A stretch of DNA of 64,000 nt, taken from NCBI GenBank assembly GCA_951406725.2, contig OX597823.1:67084001-67148000 (forward strand). Reading direction: 5' to 3'. The notes beneath the pieces are model-generated. The model was not told where the DNA came from. It saw nothing but the letters and a program-made list of their open reading frames with translations, and ran no database searches. Numbering within the stretch: the first letter of the stretch is position 1; every line of letters begins with the position of its first letter. Both the position numbers and the translations under genes were made by a program. The stretch comes from Octopus vulgaris (taxonomy: Eukaryota). This document shows positions 39,766 to 55,179 of the stretch, in pieces.

Positions 39766-40187
39766 CATTTAATCATGAATTTTAACTTAACCATTGGCAA
39801 ATTTGCAAGTAGACCAACCACTCACTCCAGGAGTCGATGAAATAATTACCAAGCAATTACATGATCGAAGCAATCAATATTATGTAATTTGTTGCAGTAT
39901 TTGATTTATTTATTTTTGCTTTTTGGTAATTTCACCAGTCCCAAAGGTATTTGATACTATGAACATCGTCGTAAATTTTTCGGCATCTTTAACATCATCA
40001 TAATATAACTATTGACTTGTCATTACCATAATTATCATCACCGTCATCAACAGCATACCATCATTACCAATGCCAAAACCACCACCACCATCATCAGCAT
40101 CATCCTCATCATGATCATAGACATCAACATCATCGCAATCAACGCTATATTTATTACGGCTCTTTTAACTTTGTCATTGTTGTTAAA

Positions 40188-40378
40188 GAGGTGATCCGGC
40201 AGAATGTTTGGTACACCGGCTGAAATACTTAGCGGTATTTCGTCCGTCTGTACATTCTGAGTTCAAATTCCGCCGAGGTCAACTTTCGGGGTCGATAAAT
40301 TCACTATCAGTCAAGTAGTGGGGTCGATGTAATCTCCTTACCCCAAATTGCTGCCCTTGTGATAAAATTTGAACCCAT
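40188..40378 (+). mobile_element. SINE family A
   Basis: GGCAGAATGTTTGG, GGTATTTCGTCCG, GAGTTCAAATTCCGCCGAGGTC, GGGGTCGATGTAATC. Confidence 0.85.
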
Positions 40379-40601
40379 TATTATTATTGTTGTTCTTGTT
40401 GTTTATTTATTTATTTATTTATTACTTATAGAAAACAGTTACCTGTATGTTGATCAATGCCTTATGCGCCCCAATGGGTGGAACATAAATAATATTTTGT
40501 TACTTTTGTATTTTTTCTAATCTTATTATTTGTTGACTGATTGCAAACTACTAATCAGTAATATCTAATTGGGTTTCAAATAATTAACAACGTTTTAAGA
40601 A

Positions 40602-40654
<53 letters not shown>

Positions 40655-40927
40655 TCCCTCTCTCTCTCCCTCTCTCTCACTCCTGATGTAATTACTGAAG
40701 ACCAAATATTTTAAATTTCACGGCTCGAAGTATCACAAGGATACCCGAACGCAAAAGACAATGAAATAAATATCTTAACAGGATAATTCATTTTATCGAC
40801 TTGAATGACATATAACCCTAAAGACAACGAATTTTATGTAGTCGCATGAGTTAAAAGAAGAAGCAACTAAATTTCCTTGTGTAATCCAAAAGACATCAAG
40901 TATCTGTTAATGTAATCATACCTGTGT

Positions 40928-41055
40928 GAACACGCATGGCCTATAGGTTAGGATGTTGCATGCGAGATAATGGTTTCGATTCCTAGACCGAGTTACCCGT
41001 TGTGTTCTTGAGCAAAACATTTAATCTCGCGTTGGTCTGTGATCACTTCGACAAA
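40928..41055 (+). mobile_element. SINE family C fragment
   Basis: CGCATGGCCTATAGGTTAGG, GTTTCGATTCC, TTGTGTTCTTGAGCAAAAC. Confidence 0.65.
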
Positions 41056-41121
41056 GATTGTCTCAAAGACTCAGGCGCAGTGAAGATTCCTTTCTATTCT
41101 GTTTTATAATTACTACTACTA

Positions 41122-41152
<31 letters not shown>

Positions 41153-42158
41153 CGCTGCTGCTGCTACTACTACTGCTACTATTATTACTCATGTATACAA
41201 ATCTCCACTCTTTTTCACGCAACAAATTTTATTGAAAGGTATGTCAAGATGAAAACAGATATCAGTCAATGTCACTCCAGACGTTGCTGTCAGAAGATGA
41301 AAGACTGTAACAAACATCAGAAGGCATCTTGTCTAATGCCCAAACAGTCCTTTCAGGATTGCTACCCTTTTATCGCTCCATACCCTCACGGAAACATGTA
41401 TAAATAGATTAAAGTCAAAATAGCCTTTATTGGGATTTGAACTGAAAGTGCAGAAATTCGGAACAAATACCGCAAGGTATCCTACACGATGTTCGAAAGA
41501 ATTTGCCAATTCGCCGCCTTTTGAGTGAGAATAACACTTGACAAAATGCCTCTCTATTTCTATCTATCAGTTTTTTTCCCTTTATTATATCTAGTGACCA
41601 TCAACTGCATGACGTTTATCCTCTCTGTCTTATCTCCCACGATCACCTTCCTCACACTTTACTCGCCTCTATAAACAGCATTCCAATACATTTAATTCCA
41701 GTGTAGGCTTCGATAAATATGTTGGTATCCATAATTCATTTTACGGTACATCAGCGTACGAAGAACACTTCTATTTTCAAATGTTGATGAGACATTACTA
41801 ACGGAGATAAGAAAAATAGTGATAGCTATTTTATCTGTTCCACTGACAAAAAGAGTGAACAAGATCATGAAAAATATTTCATTTCTTCATAGGACATTAT
41901 TGCATTTAGGACTGACACTAAATTTCCTTAGAGATCTCAAGACTTCAAAGACAAATTACATACTTTATCAGAAAAGAAATACGAAATTTCATGCATCAAG
42001 GAGTACTTTTTATTTATTTATATATTTTCGCAAAGTCCCTGTAGGACAGTTATCTATTCCAAATATCTTCAAAACTATGCATTTTCTATTTCTCTCGCTC
42101 ACATTCGTATATCTTCGGCAGCTTTATTGACCAACAAACTGCCATTAACGTAAAATAT

Positions 42159-42221
<63 letters not shown>

Positions 42222-42287
42222 TATATATATATATATACATACGTAAAGTGTGGTAGACTGGTCTATGAATCAGTTAAAGAAATTTAC

Positions 42288-43230
<943 letters not shown>

Positions 43231-43354
43231 ATATACATACATGTGTGTATAAATCGATAGATAGATATGCATATATATATATATATATGTATATATATAT
43301 GTATATATACATACATGTGTGTATAAATCGATAGATAGATATCATATATATATG

Positions 43355-43386
<32 letters not shown>

Positions 43387-43417
43387 CATGTGTGTATAAA
43401 TCGATAGATAGATATGC

Positions 43418-43453
<36 letters not shown>

Positions 43454-43569
43454 GTATATATACATACATGTGTGTATAAATCGATAGATAGATATGCATA
43501 TATATATATGTATATATATATATATGTATATATACATACATGTGTGTATAAATCGATAGATAGATATGC

Positions 43570-43618
<49 letters not shown>

Positions 43619-43662
43619 CATGTGTGTATAAATCGATAGATAGATATGCATATATATATATA
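43231..43662 (+). repeat. Minisatellite, 6 units of ~72-80 bp
   Basis: Constant core TACATACATGTGTGTATAAATCGATAGATAGATATGCA separated by variable (TA)n/TATG. Confidence 0.92.
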
Positions 43663-44304
43663 TGCCACAGCTAAGCTGCTACAACCAATGAGCTGCTGCA
43701 ACCCCAACCACCACCACCACCACGGTTACTACTACTACGACCAACAGTCACTGCTGCTACCGCCATTTCAGCCACTGACCATTCGAACACATAAGACAGC
43801 TATTATAATTACTCCCCACAAAACACCACCATGTGGATTCTGTTGAGACCAGTAAGAAACGATTATGAACTTTTATATTACACTTAACTTTTTAAAATAT
43901 TTTTGATAAGGTTCGTTTTTTCAAGAAGAACCGAAACATGTAAAATTTCTAAAAAATTAAAATTTATCTTATATAGTGACGTTTTCAAACTTCCTTTTCA
44001 TAAATTATATATATATATATATAGTCGCGTTAATAAAGGGATGTGGATTCGAGTCCCACGCGGATAGGAAACTCTACTTTTTCTGTCGAGGACTTATATG
44101 CCCCATTATTAGACTATTTTTCTTAATCATTGCACTGTGGTCGCTATAAGCTTTAGGCTTCCATAATACCATAATTATTATTTACAGGATTGTAAAACCC
44201 GACGTCGTATAACAAAACCATTGGTACCGAAAGCATATACTGATTGCTTTTTATTGAGTAGATATGTTTCAGCACCGTCCATTAGACGGAGGGGCGTTTT
44301 GTGC

Positions 44305-44352
<48 letters not shown>

Positions 44353-44496
44353 CAATAACATCAAATAAAGTACAGAAGAATATTCTCACATTATTCCATT
44401 AATGGAAGCCATGACTGTGGTTTCCTTTTGCCTATTTCATGCAACAGAGCAACTTTGATATCATTCCTCATATTTTCCAAACTGATATTTAATCTA

Positions 44497-44711
44497 AAGC
44501 TGTGAGTTGGCAGAATCGTTACCGAACTGGGCAAAATACTTAACCGCATTTCGTCCGTCTTTATGTAACGGGTTCAAATTCCACCGAGGTTGGCTTGGAC
44601 TTTCCTCCTTTGGGGGTCGATGACATAAGTACCAGTTGATCACTGGGATCGATGTAATTGATTTAATCCGTACCCCATATTTGCTGGCCCTGTATCAAAG
44701 TTCGAAACCAA
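44497..44711 (+). mobile_element. SINE family A with ATATTTAATC TSD
   Basis: Head GAGTTGGCAGAATCGTT, GGTTCAAATTCC, GGGGTCGATGACATAAGTACCAG; 10-bp direct repeat on both flanks. Confidence 0.85.
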
Positions 44712-45192
44712 TATTTAATCGTATGTTCGTAAAACTTAACAAATGCTTACCCCTGATGGATTGCATTATAGGGAATTATCAGTGATTTTTGTAGGGATAT
44801 AGTAGGGTGTTATACCGGGTGATTAAGTGTCAGTCTCTTTAGCTGCTAAACCAACACATTGTCAATTCAGTTGTAGAATACTCTGGAAGTAAAGCACCAG
44901 AAGATAAAACTAATTCTGTGTCTAAAAATCAGACCGAACAACCCGAAATCCTGGTTTCTGAAGACACTTTATATTGTACTTCCCTTCAGTTTAACATCAT
45001 TTGCTCGTACGTGCACTTATTTATCTACAATTGAATGGGATTTCTTTTCTTTCGTCATTTTTTGCCATTAGTTTTTCAGAATATTCTTGACGAGTGCTAA
45101 AATGTCAAATTCCTAGAGAAGGAATGTCTATGAGTTGTAACGTTTTATCGTCTTTCGGTTTTTTTAATTTTGAAAGGCATTATTAGCTTAGG

Positions 45193-45251
<59 letters not shown>

Positions 45252-45446
45252 TACAGATCTAGAGTAATATGTTCCTTTATGTGTGTGTAATTTCATTACT
45301 TATACTCGCAAGCAATTTTCTTAAGTATATTCGAGGCAAATATTTCAAAATGTATTTAAGATAACTGTCAGCAAAATGTTGTGCCAGGATTGGTTAGAAA
45401 TAGATCAACAAAAATAAGTACCTTGTGTTAGTTACTTTATATAGTA

Positions 45447-45631
45447 AATAGATAGAGAGAGAGACAGACAGACAGACAGAGACAGACAGACAGACACATA
45501 GATAGATAGATAAATACATACATATATACACAGGTAGATAGAAAAATAGACAGCTAGACAAACAGACATACAGGCAAACAGACAGACAGATAGGCAGGCG
45601 GACAGATAGATAGGTAGATATATAGACAAAG

Positions 45632-45678
<47 letters not shown>

Positions 45679-45746
45679 CAGCTTGACAAACAGACAGACA
45701 GGCAGGTGGACAGATAGACAGACAGACAGACAGACAGGCAGGCAGG

Positions 45747-45832
<86 letters not shown>
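45447..45832. repeat. (GATA)n/(GACA)n compound microsatellite
   Basis: Directly visible. Confidence 0.95.
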
Positions 45833-45833
<1 letters not shown>

Positions 45834-46360
45834 GCCGCTTGGCTGTTCACGATATGTATGCAAAATATAACATAGTTCTACTTTTATAATTTGAAATATT
45901 TGCCATAAAATTTTTAAATATTTTCATCTATATTATAGGTGAATAGCTGAAAAGCTGTTTTATTTGTCTAGCAAAGATATAGATGTAAGGAATGTTGTAT
46001 TTAAAATATTGAACAAATATATTATCTATTGTAATGGTTATAGATTTAATATGTTTGTTGTCTGGCATTGTTAAAATCATGTTTGTAGTATTTGATACAA
46101 TTATATAACTGTATATGTCGAAACCAATAATATCGAAATGTAGACATAACTAACACAAGAACTACTAAATAGAATAGTACGTATAACTTTAGAAAGTCAA
46201 TAAAAGATGGTTGCTGCTGCTCTTGATGTTTCTGTAGTTACTTTTTAAACCGTGTTCATCACTGATCAAAGTCGTTCGATCCATAATTATCCCGTCTTCT
46301 TTCAAATGTTTAGGCTTTTATTATATAATATATATATTACTATATAATTTCTTTCAATTA

Positions 46361-46572
46361 GAGTTTCAAATGTTGCCACAAAGGCAGCAATTAAGGAGAG
46401 AGTATGAGTCGATGACATCGACCCCAGTGTTCAACTGGTACTTATTTTATCGATCCTGAAAGGATGAAAAGTAAAGTCCACTTCGGCAGAATTTGAACTC
46501 AGTACATAGCTATGGATGAAATACCACTAAGCATTCGGTCCAGTGCGCTAACGATTCTGCCAGCTCGTCACC
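46361..46572 (-). mobile_element. SINE family A (inverted), TSD ATAATTTCTTTYAAT
   Basis: Family motifs on minus strand; flanking repeat at ~46344 and 46573. Confidence 0.85.
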
Positions 46573-46598
46573 ATAATTTCTTTTAATAACATGGCATG

Positions 46599-46807
46599 AA
46601 AGACTGTGAGCTGACAGAATCTTTGGCACACTAGGCAAAATTCTGAGCGGCATTTCGTCCGTCTTAACGTTCTGACTCTAAATTCCGCCGAAGTCGACTT
46701 TACCCTTCATCCACTCAGGATCGATAAAATAAGTACCAGTTGATCATTGTGGTCGATATATCGACTTACCCCTTCCCTTGACATTGTGCCAAAACTTGAA
46801 ATCAATG
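46599..46807 (+). mobile_element. SINE family A, TSD ATGGCATGA
   Basis: Family motifs; ATGGCATGA at 46591 and 46812. Confidence 0.85.
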
Positions 46808-47700
46808 TAGTATGGCATGATTAATTAGTAAAATTTGACTGCGGTTTTTAACAGACCTGTGGACCATATTGATGCACCCTCGTTTCGCCAGAAAAATGGA
46901 TATTCAGAGCGCATTTATTCACATCCCATGGGACCGGGAAATGAGAATTTGGAGAGGAAGAGAGAATTTGGAGAGATGTGAAAAAGTATTGTATCTCTCT
47001 ATTGTCAGTTCAACGAACGAAGTATAAGTTCCTAAAATTACAAGTAATTTTATACGTAAATTATTCGCCATATAATAAAAACTTTTAAGCTTCTTATTAA
47101 GTATTCTCCTGTCCTTCCTAAAACGTTGTTTAATGAGCCAACAAGAATTCTTTAATCAGTTGCTACTAAAAGTAGCTGTCTAACCTCTCTCAACCCAAAC
47201 TATCCCCTTAAGTAAGATGAATGCCATACTGGATAGTGCAGCTCAGTGGATACACACACAATCACGTCACGCGCATAAACGCCAATGACATCAGCAGCGA
47301 TTTCAATAATAAAATAGTTCTTTTAAGGCATACTTAAAATTTTGATCTTTTAAGTCATTTTTCAAAACTGATAGACCCAATATCTCGAAATCTTGATGCT
47401 ACTTCCACTCACTATGCAAGCAAATTTCAGAGTAAAGCGTCAGTTTTTGCTTTTGTGTATTCTATTTAAGGGCGGTGACTTCACCTTGCATTAGGCAGTC
47501 TTGAAGAGTTGCATTTTATAGATATCATTTAACTACTGATATACTTCGTACATATATTTGTTTTGCAAGATTCTCGATGTGAAATCGTATCTTCAAACAA
47601 ATATTATGTTTTGGAATAATCATCTTTTGCCATTTAAACACACGCACTATATATTCTATCTTCATTTTAGATATTTTTATTATTATTATTATTATTATTA

Positions 47701-48234
47701 GAGTGAGAGAGCAGTGCATGCCATCAAAGTGATACTGGAGTAAAATATACGAACCCCAATTTACCCATTAACTACCCGTTTGATAAAGCAGGCACATTCA
47801 TGCCAACCATGTGTGCGCGACATGGTGATCTAATATCAAGACAAACAGCGCATGACCCTGCAGGTAAGGGCCCAGTTAGAATTTTCTTCAGGTCGAGTAG
47901 CCCATCCCGCTCAAAATATCCCCGAATAAGGGTTGTTTGAGGAGGTTGAACAAAACACCCATATTTCCAAAGGTGAATTATCCAAACCCCAAAGAATTCC
48001 TCTCAACACATGGCTATGATACTACCCCGGTACTTCTGCTCATGTTCAGAGATGCAAATATCGTCAGCCACTAAGGAACATACGCAACTGGTTAAGGTCA
48101 AACAACTAACGAGCAAATCTGTGGTAATGAGCAGAATATTTGTTGTAGCCCACCTTTTACAGTATCTTTTACACTTCCAAACAGTTAAGATAAAAAGCCA
48201 TGAGAGCCACTGCCTGGTACTGCATCAAAGCATT
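47701..48234. mobile_element. ~535-bp non-coding, GC-richer insertion bounded by (ATT)n
   Basis: Abrupt transitions from ATT repeats into GAGTGAGAGAGCAGTGC... and from ...GGTACTGCATCAAAGCATT back into ATT repeats; no ORF, TIR or tRNA head. Confidence 0.5.
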
Positions 48235-48254
48235 AATATTATTATTATTATTAT

Positions 48255-48321
<67 letters not shown>

Positions 48322-48322
<1 letters not shown>

Positions 48323-48450
48323 TTTCCGCTGGCGTCGACTTTGCCTTTTATCCTTTCGAGATCGATATAATAAGTACCAGCCGTGTACTGTTGTCGATAT
48401 CATCGACTATCTCCCTCCCCAAGTAGTGTCTATAGTAGAAAGGATTATTA
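48322..48450 (+). mobile_element. 5'-truncated SINE family A after (AGT)n
   Basis: GTCGACTTTGCCTTTTATCCTTTCG, AAGTACCAG, TATAGTAGAAAGG. Confidence 0.75.
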
Positions 48451-49399
48451 TTGTTATTAGTTTCAAATAACTAATAATAATGATAATTAATCTGAAGTGA
48501 AGCTGAAATATATATTGTATGTTTAATTGGCAAAAGACGATTATCCCTGAATATAGCAATATAAATTCTCTTATACTGAGATGTCAATTTGTCTTAACCA
48601 ATACTTTTACAATTTATCTATATCAGAAGATTTCCATGAGGATTGTCATTAAGTGTTCAATAACAGCCATTTAGGCTGAGTTAATTTGTCTTTCATTGTC
48701 CTGAGATCGATAAAATAAATATCGATATAACAAAGAGTATATCAATGACCTACATTTAAGTTATAATTTTAGGGATATTTGGCAGCTATGTATGTACGAG
48801 AACGAATGAGTGACTCCCGCGTATATTATTCAGTCGGATGTGGAGGAAACATATGGTGAAATTATATGGATAATTTAGGAAACAGCTCCAAACAGGGAAT
48901 TAATATGCTTGTGAAATGTTTGATGATAGAAGGCATAACAAATTGTGGTCAATTTAATGGATTGTTTTCTCCAGAATAACTGTCATTATAGTAATGTTGA
49001 AAATTACTATTATGGATATCGGTATTGTTAGTTTTGTTATAATTGTTGTGATATTTATATATCTTTATTTTTTTTATTATATAACAGAATATCATTTATC
49101 TATGACTGTTATAAGAGAGCTTTACTTTTTTAATTATGCCGTGCCATATTTAGTGACAGGCTTTCTTACTCCTCATTTTTGAAAGACGTTGCAATGAGAG
49201 CATATAGTGATTTTTCTCAGGCTTTCTATTCTAGAGTACCACAGTCTCTTAAGCATTACGGTTTTCATTGATGTTTTCGAAGTTATTTTTGCTACACTTA
49301 TATATGATAGAGCTGCGCCTTTTTTCTCTTGCTTTTCCAATCTTCTCCTCTCATTCGCCCTCTCATGATACCACTGCGTTACATAATTCATTTAAATCA

Positions 49400-50069
49400 T
49401 TTCTTTCATGAAGTTCTCGCTCACACCAAACAAAGCAAACTCCACTCACTCCTCCATTCCATCACACCCGATGCCACTACCTCAAATCATCCCCTATCCC
49501 TCTCCCTCCGTGATACGATCCCCCACTCTCACCTACCCCCTCCCTTCAAACCACCCACATACCCTCATCTCGTCCCTCCCAGCCTTCAACCACCCCACCA
49601 CCCTCCTACTTCTGTCCCATCCACCCCTTCTGTTGTTACCATTTCTCTAGACCTTCCTCCCTCTGAGGCGGAAGGCTCCCTCCTCATTAGGGGTCTGCGC
49701 TTCATCCCCCTCACTCCATCCAGCAACAAATTTCGGACTCGTCGCCATATCCACAGCTTTGTGTGCCGCGTTAGGTTGTGTGCGCTTTTCCGCGACACTC
49801 CCCCTACATCTAATGAGGAGGATTGCTTCACCGACCTAGGCCGCCGACCATCCCAGTGGACGCCAACTCCTGGCCCGTTTCAAGCAGTCGATCTTTTTGT
49901 GGACGCCTATCGAGCTGTTGACCGGTATGACTTTTCCAAGCGTCCCCGACATCTGAATATCTCCCCAGCCGAACTCGCAGCCTTTCGATGTCTCCGACGC
50001 TGCACGGACATCATCATAAAACCGACCGACAAGGGTAGAGCCGTGGTGGTGAGGGGCGCGGACCTGTAG
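49400..50069 (+). pseudogene. N-terminal/pre-RT fragment of a second PLE family (Neptune/Poseidon-like)
   Basis: SEAEGSLLIRGLRFIP, SQWTP, NISPAELAAFRCLR, DIIIKPTDKGRAVVV (PLE DKG motif), then stop; GC-rich island. Confidence 0.8.
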
Positions 50070-50157
50070 AAGGTGTAAACTATTTTTAATATTTAGTCCT
50101 ATTGTGGATAATGTTCACTGATGATTGAGTTGCTTGAGGGTGATTCTATCTCTTAAA

Positions 50158-50214
<57 letters not shown>

Positions 50215-50218
50215 TATA

Positions 50219-50262
50219 TTCTGTCTGCGGGTCAAGAACATGTTCTTGACCCGCAGACAGAA
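50219..50262. repeat. Perfect 44-bp palindrome
   Basis: TTCTGTCTGCGGGTCAAGAACA|TGTTCTTGACCCGCAGACAGAA, no spacer. Confidence 0.97.
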
Positions 50263-51775
50263 GATAGAATGTTTTTACTTCAAACTTTTATAAATTTCTA
50301 CTGATATTTCATAAGATGACACTCTCTATATAATTTTTAAAATTATTTTTATTAAATACCTTTTTAAATTGAAATCTCTTTGACTAACTTGTATCCCTTT
50401 CCCACCTCCATCTTTTATATATAAAAATTTGATTTGCATAGATCACTAATTTTTTCAACCCATATATATATATATATATATATATATCAACTTTATTATC
50501 TAGTATGCCCCTTTTTTCCTAACACAGTGATCTATGGTGAGAAGGAATAGCATTTAGCTGCTACGTCTAGCAAAGTTAGAGACCAAATAGACTCTTTCCG
50601 ATAGTATATAATCAGTCTGCATTTCGTACCGTTTTCTAAGTATTTGTGATCATGAACTTTACATCTACTTGTATATCCCAATTTTCTTTACAAGAATAAA
50701 AAGAAAATTCTGATGAAGTATTCCAGATGTCTGAAGTGACAATTATAAAAAAGACTGAAACCATTCTGCAGGCATTGAAAACAACCCGTATTATTACAAA
50801 ATATTTATAATTATTGTAGTTGTTACTTAAATTTAAGTCGAACGCGATCGGAAAGATGTATAATCAAAAATATTTCATTTATGAACTTATTTTTAGCTGT
50901 AGTGAATCCTGGAGTATGAGTTTTTACACCGTTGGATGCAACGCATGTAGCATATTGTTCTGGTAATCTGAGATCGCATCCTGCAGAGGTCAGCCTTGCT
51001 TCAAACAGTGTTTTAGTTCACCATCAGGATCAACATCCCTCAATCGTCTCTCTCTCCCTCATTCTGCCCGTCTCTCTTTCCCTCTGTCTCTACCCCTCGC
51101 CTCTCTCCCCTCTCTCAGTCTATCTGTATCTATCTCTATCTAACTTTCTCTATACATCTAGCTCTCCTCTCCCGAGTAAATTGGATGTAGTCATTCCTGG
51201 AAAAGGGTTGTCCTCCACTAGATTTGAAGCACTGAAGACATATCGTTCAGGATGGCGTCCTCATCCCGCTAAAACGTGTTCAAGGTACATGGCAAGGGTA
51301 ACTACCCAGAAGTATATTATGTTCTTTGCTTAAGATGCAGTTTGAAGGAAATCTGGCGGCTGTTACTTGTCGTTAGCGAGACAATTGAGGGAACGGCCAT
51401 TTATAATATCCTATAGAGTATAAAGAAAATATGACAGTATTAAAGTCGAGTGTTTAAATGTGCTGAAGATCTATGAATGTTTAAAATTGTAATGAATTAG
51501 AATATGACAAGTATGAAGTATTAACATAAAGGACATAACTACCTCTTTAAGGAATACACTCCGAAGAAGATGCGTTTATGTGTTTGTGCGTGCGTGATTG
51601 TGAATCTGTGTGTGTATATATATATATATACATTCATATATGTATGTATATATATATATGTATATATATATGTATATATATATGTATATATATATGTATA
51701 TATATGTATATGTATATATATATGTATATATATTTATATATGTATATATATATATCTGTATATATATATCTGTAT

Positions 51776-52354
51776 ATAATTAATCAATATAGGGTGGCAA
51801 AAAAATTTTGTAGAATTTTTTTGCCACCAGCGGCCTAGTGGGAAAAAATTAAATAGTCATAGACCATTTATAAGTTCAACTTCACAATCAAGGAACGGCC
51901 ATAATAGGCCATTCACCCACTAGAAATAACAGCCAAAGCTTCAACCGCAAAATAACATTAATTCCGCAAACCAGGAGAAAATTAAAAAAACATTTACCCT
52001 GTAATTTCTTATACGATGCACCGTTTCATCTATTGTTTAATGGTAAACTAACCTGATTAAATTAAATCAAGCCAATCTTCCATAGGCCCTTAGATTCGTC
52101 AGTAAGAAATAGCCAGATCGGAACAGATATTTTCACGAGGCACTTCTGTCCCTGCCTCGGCAATATCTGACCTAAAATTTTCAAATCATCGCACTCGCGC
52201 CAAATTTATCGGCAGCAAATAAATATAAGCCGCCGATTCCATTACGGAATCAACCAGAAAATTCATAATTAATCAATATAGGGTGGCAAAAAAAAAAATT
52301 TTGTAGAATTTTTTTGCCACCAGCGGCCTAGTGGGAAAAAATTAAATAGTCATA
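51776..52354 (-). mobile_element. Retrozyme-like non-autonomous element: 489-bp unit plus ~86-90-bp terminal direct repeat, within (TA)n
   Basis: 51776-51861 is repeated at 52265-52354 (only an A-run differs, 7 vs 11); contains a complete hammerhead; no ORF; many hairpins. Confidence 0.8.
52004..52110 (-). ncRNA. Type I hammerhead ribozyme
   Basis: Minus strand AUUUCUUA-CUGACGA-AUCUA...UAGAU-GAAA-CGGUGCAUCG-UA^UAAGAAAU: perfect 8-bp stem I, 5-bp stem II, near-palindromic stem III, GUA triplet; cleavage between 52012 and 52011. Confidence 0.92.
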
Positions 52355-54042
<1,688 letters not shown>

Positions 54043-54715
54043 GAGAGAGATATAGATATAGATATGTGTCTGTATGTTTGTATGTATTTATGTATATATA
54101 TGTGTGAGCGTGTGTATAAATATATTCTAAAAGAATCATCAAGAGTAGATGCAATATTGACTAAGCATAGATGTGAGATAATATAATATTGAACGTATTT
54201 ATATTTAATGAATCTACAGTAATTTATTGAAAGCTCTCTGAATGAAAGTAAACAGATTTAACAATACACTTAATATAAACAGAACGTATAGAAGAATAAT
54301 TTGTTAAAATTCAAAAAGAAATAAAAAATATCCATTCGATTAAATTGGCCCAAAGTTAATTTCGATACAATAGTTTCTATAGAATAATACATGGAAATTT
54401 ATCAGTTAGCTGCGAAAGACCCTCAACAGGGGAATATAGTGCTCAGTAAATACAGGCAATGGTATTAGATACAGTTCGTACAGTACGAAACATGTACTTT
54501 GCAATTCATGTATAGATTACCGACTTTTATTGACGCTGCAGGTAATCTGTAAAGTTCGATATGAATAGTCTCCCTAAACACTGTTATATAAATACATATC
54601 AGACCAGCTACGTATGCGTGTGTGGGTTTCTACATGTAGTGTATGCGTGTCTGTCTCTATGTATACACACACATACACATACACACATATGTATCTTGTG
54701 CGTGTGTTTGTGTGT

Positions 54716-54764
<49 letters not shown>

Positions 54765-54889
54765 TGCGGGCGTGTTCATACGCCTACATGTACGGTAGCA
54801 TCTTGCGTCCAAGGAAGACACTTTCTCAACAATCAGCACATATGATTCGTTTATAGTAATCCAATATTGATACTGCACATTAGCTCCCT

Positions 54890-55120
54890 GTCTCCATCAA
54901 ATCGATATTACCTGTATAGGTGAACGGTGTTCTATACGTCAGGTGTCGAAGTTGGTCGTAGAGCAACGTTAACTGAAGTGTTTTGCTCAAGAGCACAAAT
55001 CACCGTACAACCTGAGAATCGAACCCACCATCTCGCGGTCGTGCGTGCAACACTCTAGCAACTAGACCATGCACTCACATATTCATATGTGTGTGTGTGT
55101 GTGTCTATGTGTGTGTGTTT

Positions 55121-55179
<59 letters not shown>

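Noticed and set aside
43231-43662. CRISPR-like constant repeat with variable spacers
   Set aside because: Spacers are only TA runs, the context is eukaryotic and there are no cas genes.
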